64,000 nucleotides of DNA from Armatimonadota bacterium (GTDB taxonomy: Bacteria; Armatimonadota; Zipacnadia; UBA1398; JAKPQA01), in contig JAKPQA010000085.1 of the NCBI GenBank assembly GCA_029547025.1, forward strand, positions 6,585 to 70,584. Direction: 5' to 3'. The notes beneath the pieces were generated by a model. The model was not told where the DNA came from, made no database searches, and saw nothing but the letters and a program-made list of their open reading frames with translations. The number at the start of each line of letters is the position of its first letter. Position 1 is the first letter of the stretch. Both the position numbers and the translations under genes were made by a program. Below are positions 1 through 9,174 of this stretch, one piece after another.

Positions 1-900
1 CTTCACACCGGGGACATTCGCGCGGTGGACGGTGTCTCGCTGACGGTCCACCGGGGGGAGACCTTGGGCCTGGTCGGCGAGAGCGGATGTGGGAAGTCCA
101 CCCTGGGCCGGGTGGCGGTGAAGCTCATGGAGCCCACGCGCGGGCACGTGCGGTTCGACGGCCAGCCGGTGGACCGGCTGAAGGGCATGGAGCTGATGGC
201 CTTCCGCCGGCGCGCGCAGATCGTGTTCCAGGACCCCTACGGCTCGCTGAACCGCCGCATGACCGCCGGCGCCATCGTGGGCGAGGGACTGCACATCCAC
301 CGGCTGGCCCGACGGAGCCAAGTCCGCGACCGGGCGGCGGAGCTGCTACAGCGGGTCGGTCTGGCCGACACGGACGTGGCCCGCTATCCGCACGAGTTCA
401 GCGGCGGCCAACGCCAGCGGATCGGCATCGCCCGAGCGCTGGCCGTGAGCCCCGAGCTCATCGTGTGCGACGAGCCCGTCAGCGCACTCGACGTGTCCAT
501 CCAGGCTCAAATCATCGAGCTGCTGCGCGACCTGCAGCGCGAGCTGAACCTGTCGTACCTGTTCATCGCGCACGATCTGGCGGTGGTCCGGCACATCAGC
601 CACCGGGTGGCCGTGATGTACCTGGGTCGTCTGTGCGAGGAAGCGCCGCGCGACGTGCTCTACGACGAGCCGCTGCACCCCTACACCCGGGTCCTTCTCG
701 CCGCTGTGCCCGAGCCGGACCCGAAGGTACCCCTGCGGCCGCAGGCCCTCCCCGGCGAGGTCCCCAGTCCGGCCAACCCACCGCCCGGCTGCCGGTTCTC
801 GCCGCGCTGCCCGGTGGCCATCGACGTCTGCCGGCGCGAGCAGCCCCAGTGGCGCGAGCTGGCCCCGGGGCACTTCGTCGCGTGCCACGTGGCGGGGTAG
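1..900 (+). CDS. Oligopeptide/dipeptide ABC transporter ATP-binding subunit (OppF/DppF-like), 5' end outside the window
   Basis: Walker [10 protein letters not shown], signature FSGGQRQR, Walker B IVCDEP, and a C-terminal oligo_HPY domain (PLHPYT...GCRFSPRC...C...VACH). The frame is open from base 1. Confidence 0.95.
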   Translation, partial: LHTGDIRAVDGVSLTVHRGETLGLVGESGCGKSTLGRVAVKLMEPTRGHVRFDGQPVDRLKGMELMAFRRRAQIVFQDPYGSLNRRMTAGAIVGEGLHIHRLARRSQVRDRAAELLQRVGLADTDVARYPHEFSGGQRQRIGIARALAVSPELIVCDEPVSALDVSIQAQIIELLRDLQRELNLSYLFIAHDLAVVRHISHRVAVMYLGRLCEEAPRDVLYDEPLHPYTRVLLAAVPEPDPKVPLRPQALPGEVPSPANPPPGCRFSPRCPVAIDVCRREQPQWRELAPGHFVACHVAG

Positions 901-917
901 GGGAAGCGCGGCGACCC

Positions 918-969
918 TTGGGCCGGATAGGGTCCCACCGGCCTTCGCCAGGTTCCGGCACACCTCCGA
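918..969. repeat. 52-bp structured intergenic repeat, copy A
   Basis: 46/52 identical to 4172..4223. Internal stem GCCGGA/TCCGGC. Lies between convergent genes. Confidence 0.85.
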
Positions 970-1033
970 GCAACCGAGGAGGGGCCGAATGGAAGGGGCC
1001 CGCGCGGCGGGAAGGGCGCCATCCGGCCCGCCT

Positions 1034-3556
1034 TCACCGCACCACCCGCAGCGTCGCGATCTCAAACGGCCGCAGGTCGAATGTCACCGCGCCGTCGGCC
1101 ACCGGCAGCTCGCCCGTGGCCTCCTCGAGCAGGTTCGCCCGCTCGACGCGAGTGGTCCCCTCGGGCAGCCTGACCCGCACGCCCGGGGTGGCGCGGCCCG
1201 AGGCCTCGTAGAGGCGCAGCACCGCCGCACCGTCGGGCGCGGTCCTGAGAGCTGACACGACCACATGGCGGGGTTCCACCTGGGCCCAGCCCCAACGCGT
1301 CGGCAGCGGGCCCGTGTGAGGGGCGGCGGTCCGAGCAATCAGCGGCTGGTTGAGGGCCTGCCCGTGGTGGAACACGCCGGCCTGGCGCCAGTCGCCCTCG
1401 TGGGGCACGAGCGAGTAGTCGAACGCCAGCCGCTTGCCGCGCTCGAGCCCGGTGGCGCTGGTCATGCCCGGCTCGTAGCCGCCGCCAAAGCCGTAGGCGA
1501 CGATCTGCGTGCTCCGCAGGAGGGACAGGACCAGAGCGCCGTCGATGACTGCATTGCCGGGCAGGCCGCGGTTCAGCAGCGCCAGACCCTTCTCGCCATC
1601 GCTCCAGTCCATCCAGTTCTGGGCGGGGAACTCGATGCCCACGGGCCGCTCGATGGCGCCGAAGGGGATCTCGTGCGTCGCCACACCCTCAGCGATCGAC
1701 GAGGGAAAGACGACGCGGTACCGCACGAACTCGTCGTTGTTGAGGATCTCCGTGTGCACATCGACGCGGGGAACGCCCTGGTAGGTGCGGACGACCGTGC
1801 GGAACTGGCCGCGGTCCCCAAACGCGTGGTCCACCGTGAGCTGGAGCATGACCGGGCCAACCACCAGTTGCGCGCCTTCAGCCCGCTGCTCATCGCTGTA
1901 GACGCCCTTCCCGCGCGGCGCGATGGGGTGGGGGTCCTTCATGGCAATGCGGCTGCCGCCATCGAGCGGCTGATAGGGCTCCCACAGGTCGCCGTGGTCC
2001 TCCTCGCGGACCACGATGTTGCCCGGCGCAGCCAGCGCGTCCCAGCCTGTAGCCTTGAGCACGCAGTGGTCGATGGCGCCGGTGGCCGCATCGATGACCA
2101 GCCGCAACGCGTCGGTCTCGAGCACGACCTCGCCGGACACCTGCTGCTCGCCGGCCGGCGGGGCCGCGTCAAACCGCGGTGCCACGCGGTACAGGCTGTG
2201 GCCCAATGCGGGCACGTCGCGGGCGACGAAGGTGATCTCCGCGGCAACCATGCCACCGTCGGGTAGGCGGTCGGCCCGGAGGATCTGCGCCGGCACCGGC
2301 TTACCATCGGGGCCTACGACTGCCACGCCGGTCACACCAGGCTGCCCGAAGCCCACACGGGCGTGCGCCACGTCCGTCCGCCGGGCCCCAGCGCTGTTGA
2401 ACACCACCAATGGGATGCCCGGGCCTTCGGTGCCGATCCGGGCGCAGTACCGGCCGAGGCGGTCCTCGACTTCGGCCCGCGCCAGCCGGCGCGAGTGATC
2501 GTAGCCGCAGACGCTGTCCTCGTAGACGTGGTCGGTCATCACGCCCGACATGAGATCGTGGGCCTGGTTGAACAGCATGGGCTCCCAGGCACCCCACAAA
2601 TCCCGGTCGGCAACCGGCTCGCCGAGCGAGCCGAGCAGCACGCCGAGCTTCTCCGCCGTGGTGAGGGCCGATTCGAGCTCGCGCGTCCACTGCTTGAGCT
2701 CGATGCGGCTGCTGTAGATGCCCTGGAAGATGGGGTTGAGCTCGCCGGTGACCACCGGGAACGTGTCGTCGATGGGCACGGCCGCCTCGTACTCCTGAGG
2801 CGTGGCGAGCTCCACCGCCACCGCGATGTCCGGCTGGGCGTTGTGCGCCGCGGCCACGGCCGGCAGGTGTCCCTCGGGCTCGCAGACATCCGCGCCGCCT
2901 GGCGCCACCCGGCGGTCGCGCTTCGAGAAGGGGTCCAGCATGTGGTAGCGCTCGTCGACGAACCGGCCGAACTCGGGCACCGTGGCCGGCGAGCCATAGC
3001 TCAGCGCATAGCCATGGGGCAGCCAGTAGGCGGGGACCCTGGTGCCATCGATGCCCTCCCACAGGAACTCAGCCGGCGTCTCCCAGCTCGGGACGCCTCG
3101 GAAGAACCAGAACGACCGGAACCCCGCCTGCGCCAGAAGCTGCGGCATCTGCGCATGGTGCCCGAAGGTGTCGAGCTGCCAGCAGACGGTCACATCGACT
3201 CCGAGCTTCTGGCGGAAGAACCGCTTGCCGTACAGCACCTGGCGGATGAAGGACTCGCCGCCCGGCATGTTGACATCGAGCATGACATCGGTGCCGCCCA
3301 CGATGCCGAGCCGGCCCTCGCGGACGAACTGGCGGAAGCGCGCCGCCTCCTCGGGGAACCTCTCGAGGAACGGCCGCACATAGCAGACCTGGTCGAGGGT
3401 GAAACGGAAGTTCGGATGGGCCTCGAGCAGCGCCAGGGCCCGGAGGATGTTGGGCAAGCCCATGTCGAGGTACTGGTCGCGGGTCTTGAAGACCGCGCCC
3501 TCCCAGTGGGTGTGCGGGATGAAGTAGAGAACCGGTCCGCCGCCAGGGCTGGCCAT
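1034..3556 (-). CDS. Glycoside hydrolase family 38 (alpha-mannosidase-like)
   Basis: N-terminal PHTHWE Zn motif, nucleophile motif WQLDTFGH, middle-domain NQAHD, C-terminal LRLYEASG...LRPFEIATL. Confidence 0.92.
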   Translation of the reverse strand: MASPGGGPVLYFIPHTHWEGAVFKTRDQYLDMGLPNILRALALLEAHPNFRFTLDQVCYVRPFLERFPEEAARFRQFVREGRLGIVGGTDVMLDVNMPGGESFIRQVLYGKRFFRQKLGVDVTVCWQLDTFGHHAQMPQLLAQAGFRSFWFFRGVPSWETPAEFLWEGIDGTRVPAYWLPHGYALSYGSPATVPEFGRFVDERYHMLDPFSKRDRRVAPGGADVCEPEGHLPAVAAAHNAQPDIAVAVELATPQEYEAAVPIDDTFPVVTGELNPIFQGIYSSRIELKQWTRELESALTTAEKLGVLLGSLGEPVADRDLWGAWEPMLFNQAHDLMSGVMTDHVYEDSVCGYDHSRRLARAEVEDRLGRYCARIGTEGPGIPLVVFNSAGARRTDVAHARVGFGQPGVTGVAVVGPDGKPVPAQILRADRLPDGGMVAAEITFVARDVPALGHSLYRVAPRFDAAPPAGEQQVSGEVVLETDALRLVIDAATGAIDHCVLKATGWDALAAPGNIVVREEDHGDLWEPYQPLDGGSRIAMKDPHPIAPRGKGVYSDEQRAEGAQLVVGPVMLQLTVDHAFGDRGQFRTVVRTYQGVPRVDVHTEILNNDEFVRYRVVFPSSIAEGVATHEIPFGAIERPVGIEFPAQNWMDWSDGEKGLALLNRGLPGNAVIDGALVLSLLRSTQIVAYGFGGGYEPGMTSATGLERGKRLAFDYSLVPHEGDWRQAGVFHHGQALNQPLIARTAAPHTGPLPTRWGWAQVEPRHVVVSALRTAPDGAAVLRLYEASGRATPGVRVRLPEGTTRVERANLLEEATGELPVADGAVTFDLRPFEIATLRVVR

Positions 3557-3584
3557 GGGGTGAGCACCTTCTGTCGGGGATGAG

Positions 3585-3980
3585 CTAGGAGGTTACCAGC
3601 TGGCCGGGCCAGGCCGCGAGGCCGCCGGCGAGGGCGTAGACCTGGCTGAATCCGCGGGCAACGAGGGCCTCGGCCGCAGTGGCGCTCCGCGCACCGATCT
3701 GGCAGACGACGCAGATCCGCGTGGGCGTGTCGATGCCCGCGGCCCATGTATCCAGGTCGGCCAGTGGCCGATTCACCGAGCCGTGGATATGGCCGGCGGC
3801 GAACTCCGCGGGCGTGCGGACGTCGATGATCTGCAAGGGCAGTCCGTCATCCATCAGGGCCTGGAGCTGGGCGGGCGACACCTCGTGCACGATCGTCCAG
3901 TCGAAGGGTCCGCAGCCCGCGGTGAGGAGCGAAAGCACGGCAAGAACCAGGCAGAGTGTGGGGGCAACACGTCGGCGCAC
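3585..3980 (-). CDS. Rhodanese-like domain lipoprotein
   Basis: IIDVRTPAEFAAGHIHGS, active-site loop CQIGARS, C-terminal LAGGLAAW. GTG start at 3980 after a purine-rich RBS. Hydrophobic leader ends in lipobox-like LTAGC. Confidence 0.85.
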   Translation of the reverse strand: MRRRVAPTLCLVLAVLSLLTAGCGPFDWTIVHEVSPAQLQALMDDGLPLQIIDVRTPAEFAAGHIHGSVNRPLADLDTWAAGIDTPTRICVVCQIGARSATAAEALVARGFSQVYALAGGLAAWPGQLVTS

Positions 3981-4171
3981 GAGATCCCTTCTTCCGTGAG
4001 AGCATGTGCCGAGCATGGACATCCCATGTGTTCGGCTCCGGGGTCCGGGCATCCTTGGTGGCGGAACCAGGCGCTGTGGAACGCGGGCACAAGAACCCCG
4101 TAATCGGCCGGGGAGAGGGAGAGGTTCTCGACAGCCGGCCCGACGTGGGAGCATGCAGGTTACGGTGAACG

Positions 4172-4223
4172 TTGGGCCGGATAGAGTCCCACCAGCCTGC
4201 GCCGGGTTCCGGCAGGCCTCCGA
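4172..4223. repeat. 52-bp structured intergenic repeat, copy B
   Basis: 46/52 identical to 918..969, same orientation. Confidence 0.85.
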
Positions 4224-4259
4224 AGACCGTCCGCACGCCGCGGCGGCGGGCCCTGCCAC

Positions 4260-5314
4260 CTACGTCGCCACGAGTTCGTAGGCCGTGATCTGCAGCGGCG
4301 CCAGTGGCTGCATCTGGATCGTGCCCGCCGGACCCACGTCGCTCGAATCCAGCTTCTCGCCCGACTGGTCGAAGTGCGACAGGGCGAACGCGTCCACGCC
4401 CGGCACCCATGGGGCCAGGTCATAGCGAAACGTCAGGGGACCTTCAGCGCCCTGGTTGAGCACCAGGGCCAGCACGCGCTCGGGGAGCACGTAGGAGACC
4501 ACCCGCGCGCCGGGCGCCCCTTCGGGGAGCAGGCAGCTCCCAATCAGCACGCCGTCGGTGAAGTAGGGCAAGAAGCGTTGCCGCAGGGCGGCGCACTCCT
4601 TAAGCGTGCGCGACGGCGCCGGCACGTTGTCGATGCGCTCCGAGCCGTTGATCCCGTCGGGCTGGCTGGGCCACACGTTGAGGAACAGGTTGTCCATGAA
4701 TGCGAACTTGGCTTCGGCCTCGGAGCGGTTGATGTTGGCGTTCCGCCGGGGCGCCGGGAATGCGTTGGTGTAGGCCTGGCAGTCGCGGTACCCGCCCCAG
4801 TTCCACGTGTAGTCGAGGTCGTCGCAGTCGACCTCGATGTTCCACAGCTCCTCGCCGCTGAAGCTGGCTTCGGGATCGAGGGTGAGCGCGTACTCGCGGA
4901 CGCGCCGCGTCAGGTCCTGCATGGTCGGGGCGGCCTGGCCGGTCCAGTACTGGTCCCAGCTCACCGAGGCGAAGCCCTTGTCGGCCCACGCGCGCAGCGA
5001 TGCGACGACCTCGTCCTGCCACTGCGGATTCGACGGCCCCACCTGCACGCACGAGTAGCCGGTGGCGTAGGGCGGATTCCAGCGCGGCAGCATCTCGGTG
5101 TGGTAAGTCCACCCGTTGTTGTCGGGCACGGCGAGGTTGTACCGCCCGGCCGTCTTCGGGTTGGCCTGGAGGACGCTGAGGAAGGGGATCATCCGAACGC
5201 CCAGTTCGCGGCAACGCGCGGCGGCCTCAATGAACTCCTCCTCGGTGCCCAGGTGGGGGAACGCCCCGGGCGGCGAGGATCATGCACCCGCTGGTCCCGG
5301 CCATCTTGGCTCAT
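4260..5314 (-). pseudogene. 5'-truncated or internally deleted glycoside hydrolase-like (DUF6259-like TIM barrel) gene; intact reading frame 4260..5279
   Basis: The protein-like frame extends upstream of the annotated Met (AFPHLGTEEEFIEAAARCRELGVRMIPFLS) to an in-frame TGA at 5280-5282. The RBS-associated ATGs at 5314 and 5304 are out of frame. Confidence 0.55.
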
Positions 5315-5359
5315 TCCCCTCCGCGATCAGGCGAGTTGCCAGCGGCGCCGGTGCAGGAC

Positions 5360-6220
5360 CTAGGTCAGCGCCCGGATCTGCTCCATCGAGAGCGCCGCGG
5401 CCCGCTTCACATCGCCGCCCAGCACGCGCTGGTAGTAGGTGAATGACTCGAACTCGACCGAGCAGTAGCCCGTGTAGCCGATGTCGTCCAGGGCGGCGAA
5501 GAAGGCCGTCCAGTCGATCATCCCCTCGCCGAGCAGGGGGAAGATGAAGTCGCCCGGCTGGCGCGTGTCGAGCCCGATGGCGTCCTTGAGGTGCACGTGG
5601 ACGATCCGCCCGGCCAACTGCCGCACCGACCACGGCACATCGTTGCGGTAGAGGGCGAAGTGCGAGGGATCCATGTTCACCGCGAGGTAGGGCGACGGCA
5701 CCTGGCGGAAGAGCTCCTGGAGCGTGTAGTAGTCGCGCGCCAGGTGGCCCCAGACAGCCTCGACCGCCAGGAAAACCTTGCGCTCCTCGGCGACCTTCAG
5801 CACGCGCTCGTAGGCGCGGCGGACCAGATCCCACGCCTCGCCATGGGAGATGTCCTGCCCGAGCCTGGGGGCGCTCGGGTCCCACGGCGCCGGCCCGGTG
5901 AACACGTTCAGGGCGGGAATGCCATGGTCGGCTGCGGCCCGGATGCAGTCCTCGATCAGCCCGCAATGCGTGTCGAAACGCGTGGTGTCGCGCTGAACCA
6001 TGTCCTGCTGCACCACCAGCTCGGAAATGCCCAATCCTCCCGCTCTCGTGGCCTCGACCACGGCCGCCAGTTGGGCCGGCGTGTGCGCCTGTGGATGGAA
6101 GTGGGCCAGAGTCCACTCGACGCCGTCGTAACCGAGCTCGGCAAGGGTGCCCACCACCCGGGCGGGCTCCATGGGGGCGAACCCAAGGCTGGCGAGGAAC
6201 GCGTACTTGCGGGTGCCCAT
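5360..6220 (-). CDS. Sugar phosphate isomerase/epimerase (xylose isomerase-like TIM barrel, AP_endonuc_2)
   Basis: LGYDGVE, LAVE, MDPSH, HVHLKD, GEGMIDW, GYTGYCSVEFE motifs. GGAGG RBS before ATG 6220. Confidence 0.9.
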   Translation of the reverse strand: MGTRKYAFLASLGFAPMEPARVVGTLAELGYDGVEWTLAHFHPQAHTPAQLAAVVEATRAGGLGISELVVQQDMVQRDTTRFDTHCGLIEDCIRAAADHGIPALNVFTGPAPWDPSAPRLGQDISHGEAWDLVRRAYERVLKVAEERKVFLAVEAVWGHLARDYYTLQELFRQVPSPYLAVNMDPSHFALYRNDVPWSVRQLAGRIVHVHLKDAIGLDTRQPGDFIFPLLGEGMIDWTAFFAALDDIGYTGYCSVEFESFTYYQRVLGGDVKRAAALSMEQIRALT

Positions 6221-6412
6221 AGACCGCAGACCTCCAGTAGTACTCGGTGCGGGTTCGGCCGCCGGGATCACGGCCGCGGTGGGGTTCCCCTTTGGACTCG
6301 CGGGGACCTACCATCGGGACGCCAAGGGCCATGCCGCCAGCCGCGCAGCAGACTGCAGACGCATGGGGGAAACGCGCGGCCCTCCGGCGCCGCACGGCTC
6401 GGCCATGCCCCG

Positions 6413-7954
6413 CTACTCGAACACCACCGAGAGGAGGCCTTCCCGCTCGCAGCGTTCACGAAGGAAGGACCAGGGCGACATGGCCAGCACCCGCCGCACC
6501 TCATCGGGGCACCCGGAGGCCGTGGCGAAGCGGATGTAGTCAAGATACAGGTCGACCACGGACTGCTTGATGTCCTTGACCTCCGCGAAGCCAATGCGCC
6601 ACAGCGGCCACCACATCTCCTCGACGGTGCCGACCGCGGTCCGGAAGCAGGCCAGCGCCTCGTCGGTCCTCCCCAGGGCCGCGTGGGCCTTGGCGGCCAC
6701 GTGACCGGCGGTCCACAGTGTGTGAACGGCGCCCTGTTGCTCGGCGGCGGCCGCGGCAGCCACGGCCTCCTCGCAAGCCGCCTCAGTGTGTCCAAGCCGA
6801 AGCAGGGCGGACGCCCAGGCAGACTGCGCGTCGGCGGCAAGGCCAAGAGCGCCCATCGCTCTGGCACGGGACAGGCACCGGCTCAGCGCATCGGCCGCAT
6901 CCTTCGCGCGCCCCTGATGGAGAGCGACGCGGGCCAGCAGAACCTCGCCCGAGGCCTCCTGGTGTGCGGCCCGAAGCGCCCGCGCCGCCGCGATGGCGGC
7001 GTCCAGTGGCTCGATCGCCCGCTCAGGCTGGCGCGCCTCGAGGTGGGCCGCGCCCAGCGCGAGGCAGGCTTGGATCAGCGCGAAACGCGCCTGACTCGAG
7101 GAGGCCAGGCTCCGCGCCGCCTCCGCATGGACGACCGCATTGCCACACAGTCCCGCGCAGACGTACCACTCGGAGAGAGCCCAGTTCGCCGTCGCCTCGC
7201 GCAGCCGGTCACCGGCCAGTGAAGCGCCCTGGCGAGCCTGGGTCAAGCATCGCCAGGAATCGGCCATGCTCCCCAGACGGAGGTGGCACAAGCCGGTGTT
7301 GATGAGGGATTCGAGGCTCTGGGACCGGCTATCGGCCATGGCGGCCGAGGCCGACATTTGGGTCGACGCGTCCAGAGCTTCGGCGAACTCGCCGGTATCC
7401 AGGTGAATGTTGGCCCGGTTCCCGGCGAGGTAGGCCTGCAGGTAGGCCGTTTCCCGCGGATTCGCCGGCGCACCGGCGAGGAGCGCCTCGGCGTCCTCGA
7501 TCATCGCTTTGGCCCCGGGGTAGTCACCCATGAGGTGGCGGATGGCCGCGATGCTGATCAGCCCCGTGCATCGGAGGAACCAGCTATCGGCCTCGGCAAC
7601 CACCTGGGCCTGGGCCAGCGCGCTCTCGGGCTGGCCCACGAGCTCGTACGCGTTGACCAGTCCTTGGCGTGACCGAAGCTCGCCCGCCCGGTCACCGATC
7701 TCGGACCACAGCTCGATGGCCTTCGAGTACGCGTCGAGGGCCTCCTCGAAGCTGCCGAGCCGCGAGTGGGCGATGCCCAGATGGTGCCAGGCATGCGCCT
7801 GGGCCTTGCGGTCTCCCAGGGACTCGGCCAGAGCCACCAGGCGCGGGCAGGACTGGATCAGCCCTCGCGGGTCGGCCGGACCCGCTTGAGCCTGAACCAG
7901 GAGGCACAAGTCGGAAAGGCGTTCGCGCGCTTCAGCTTCGAGCTCGGGCGACAT
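6413..7954 (-). CDS. Tetratricopeptide-repeat (TPR) protein (start at 7954 or 7999)
   Basis: Repeated helical units, e.g. AHAWHHLGIAHSRLGSFEEALDAYSKAIEL and SLINTGLCHLRLGSMADS. Confidence 0.85.
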   Translation of the reverse strand: MSPELEAEARERLSDLCLLVQAQAGPADPRGLIQSCPRLVALAESLGDRKAQAHAWHHLGIAHSRLGSFEEALDAYSKAIELWSEIGDRAGELRSRQGLVNAYELVGQPESALAQAQVVAEADSWFLRCTGLISIAAIRHLMGDYPGAKAMIEDAEALLAGAPANPRETAYLQAYLAGNRANIHLDTGEFAEALDASTQMSASAAMADSRSQSLESLINTGLCHLRLGSMADSWRCLTQARQGASLAGDRLREATANWALSEWYVCAGLCGNAVVHAEAARSLASSSQARFALIQACLALGAAHLEARQPERAIEPLDAAIAAARALRAAHQEASGEVLLARVALHQGRAKDAADALSRCLSRARAMGALGLAADAQSAWASALLRLGHTEAACEEAVAAAAAAEQQGAVHTLWTAGHVAAKAHAALGRTDEALACFRTAVGTVEEMWWPLWRIGFAEVKDIKQSVVDLYLDYIRFATASGCPDEVRRVLAMSPWSFLRERCEREGLLSVVFE

Positions 7955-8083
7955 GCGGGCGCCCGAGCCCTCTGGCGCGCCGGCTGAATCACGAGCCATG
8001 GTCGCTCTCCCTTGGTTGGCAGCCAGGTTGCTGGGGCCGTAAGGCCCACTCGACGGTGCCAGCCGATCCGGTGCGACGCGTCG

Positions 8084-8830
8084 CTAGCGCGGTCCAACGA
8101 ACAGCCGCACCGTGTTCGACTCAGCCCTCTCCAGGCGCGCCTGGACCTCAACCCAACCCGTGCCCCACCCGGCCCTCACCTCCAGCACGTTCGGGTCCGA
8201 AGTGGGGAAGATGGACGCGTCAGTTCGCGTCTCCATCAGCCACACGATCTCCGGACAACCCGTCGCGGCGCGCTGGAGGAACGCCCGGACATAGACCGGC
8301 TCGCCGGGACGCACCCATGGCGCGTCCGCCGCAATCCGGATCCGATCCCTGCTGCCGGCGGGGGCCTGGCTGTCTTCGGGCACCAGACCCGCAACCACTT
8401 CGGTCCGCTTGCCACCCCTGACCTTCACTTGGATATCGGCTGCATTCGAGTTTCCGTTGAGATCGAATCGCAAGAGGGACCGGCCGCTGTGAGGAGCACG
8501 GAAGGCGAACCGGCCATCGGACCCGGTCACGCACACCTCGCGCGCTCCGTCGGGCCCCTCGAGGACCACTTGGGCCCCCTCGGCGGGAACATACGCGTCG
8601 GCACCGGCCGAACGAACCAGAGGGGGCAGCGTGTTGGTGGAGGACACCACCACCCCGCTGACGTCCTCGCCATCGGGGATGCTGCCGCCGCCCGTGCGTA
8701 TGCCCGTCGACGAGGCAGCGGGATTGTCCGACGTCGGAGCGCCCCCTCCACACCCCGACACCCAACCGGTAACCACGATGAGACACACCAGACCCAACCA
8801 CCGCGTCACGCTGAACTCGCCATGCCACAT
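8084..8830 (-). CDS. Putative lipoprotein with a carboxypeptidase-regulatory-like/prealbumin-like beta-sandwich domain
   Basis: Hydrophobic leader ending VSGC followed by a G/S/T-rich linker. VSGVV...GAQVVL...TGSDGRFAF pattern. Confidence 0.6.
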   Translation of the reverse strand: MWHGEFSVTRWLGLVCLIVVTGWVSGCGGGAPTSDNPAASSTGIRTGGGSIPDGEDVSGVVVSSTNTLPPLVRSAGADAYVPAEGAQVVLEGPDGAREVCVTGSDGRFAFRAPHSGRSLLRFDLNGNSNAADIQVKVRGGKRTEVVAGLVPEDSQAPAGSRDRIRIAADAPWVRPGEPVYVRAFLQRAATGCPEIVWLMETRTDASIFPTSDPNVLEVRAGWGTGWVEVQARLERAESNTVRLFVGPR

Positions 8831-9174
8831 CAGCCTCGCCCCCCACTTCCCACGCCGAGCGCCCTGCCGGGGACCCCCGCCAGACCTTGCCGCTCCGGCG
8901 CCGACCCCGACTGCCACCCCCATCGCCAACGCAGCCGCTCGCCGGGCTTCGGCGACGGCGGGCGCTGGCTCTCCGATGCCATCCTTCCACACTGACAAGC
9001 GGTCGCCGTGACAGTCACGTGGGTGTCCGCATGGCGCGTGCCCGCCCCGCGCAGGCCGCAGGCAGTTGGCGGGGGAGGACGGCGAACGACGCCTACCGAA
9101 GAGTGCCGCTCATGACGACGGAATCCTATGGGAGGCGCGCTCGCTTGCACCCATCACCAGGCGTCCACCGCGTC

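Noticed and set aside
921..995. Resemblance of repeat copy A to an HDV-like ribozyme (GGCCGGA..GTCCCA..TCCGGC..CCGAATGG)
   Set aside because: The first P1 pair would be G-A, the P1.1 GG is missing, L3 would be 11 nt, the 3' strand of P2 pairs poorly, and copy B lacks the J4/2 and P2 3' segment. An RNArobo or Infernal search would settle it.
5280..6395. 371-aa minus ORF in frame with the truncated hydrolase across a single TGA (possible readthrough or selenocysteine)
   Set aside because: It is an Arg/Gly/Pro-rich alternate frame of the epimerase gene, with no protein-like features and no recognisable SECIS context.
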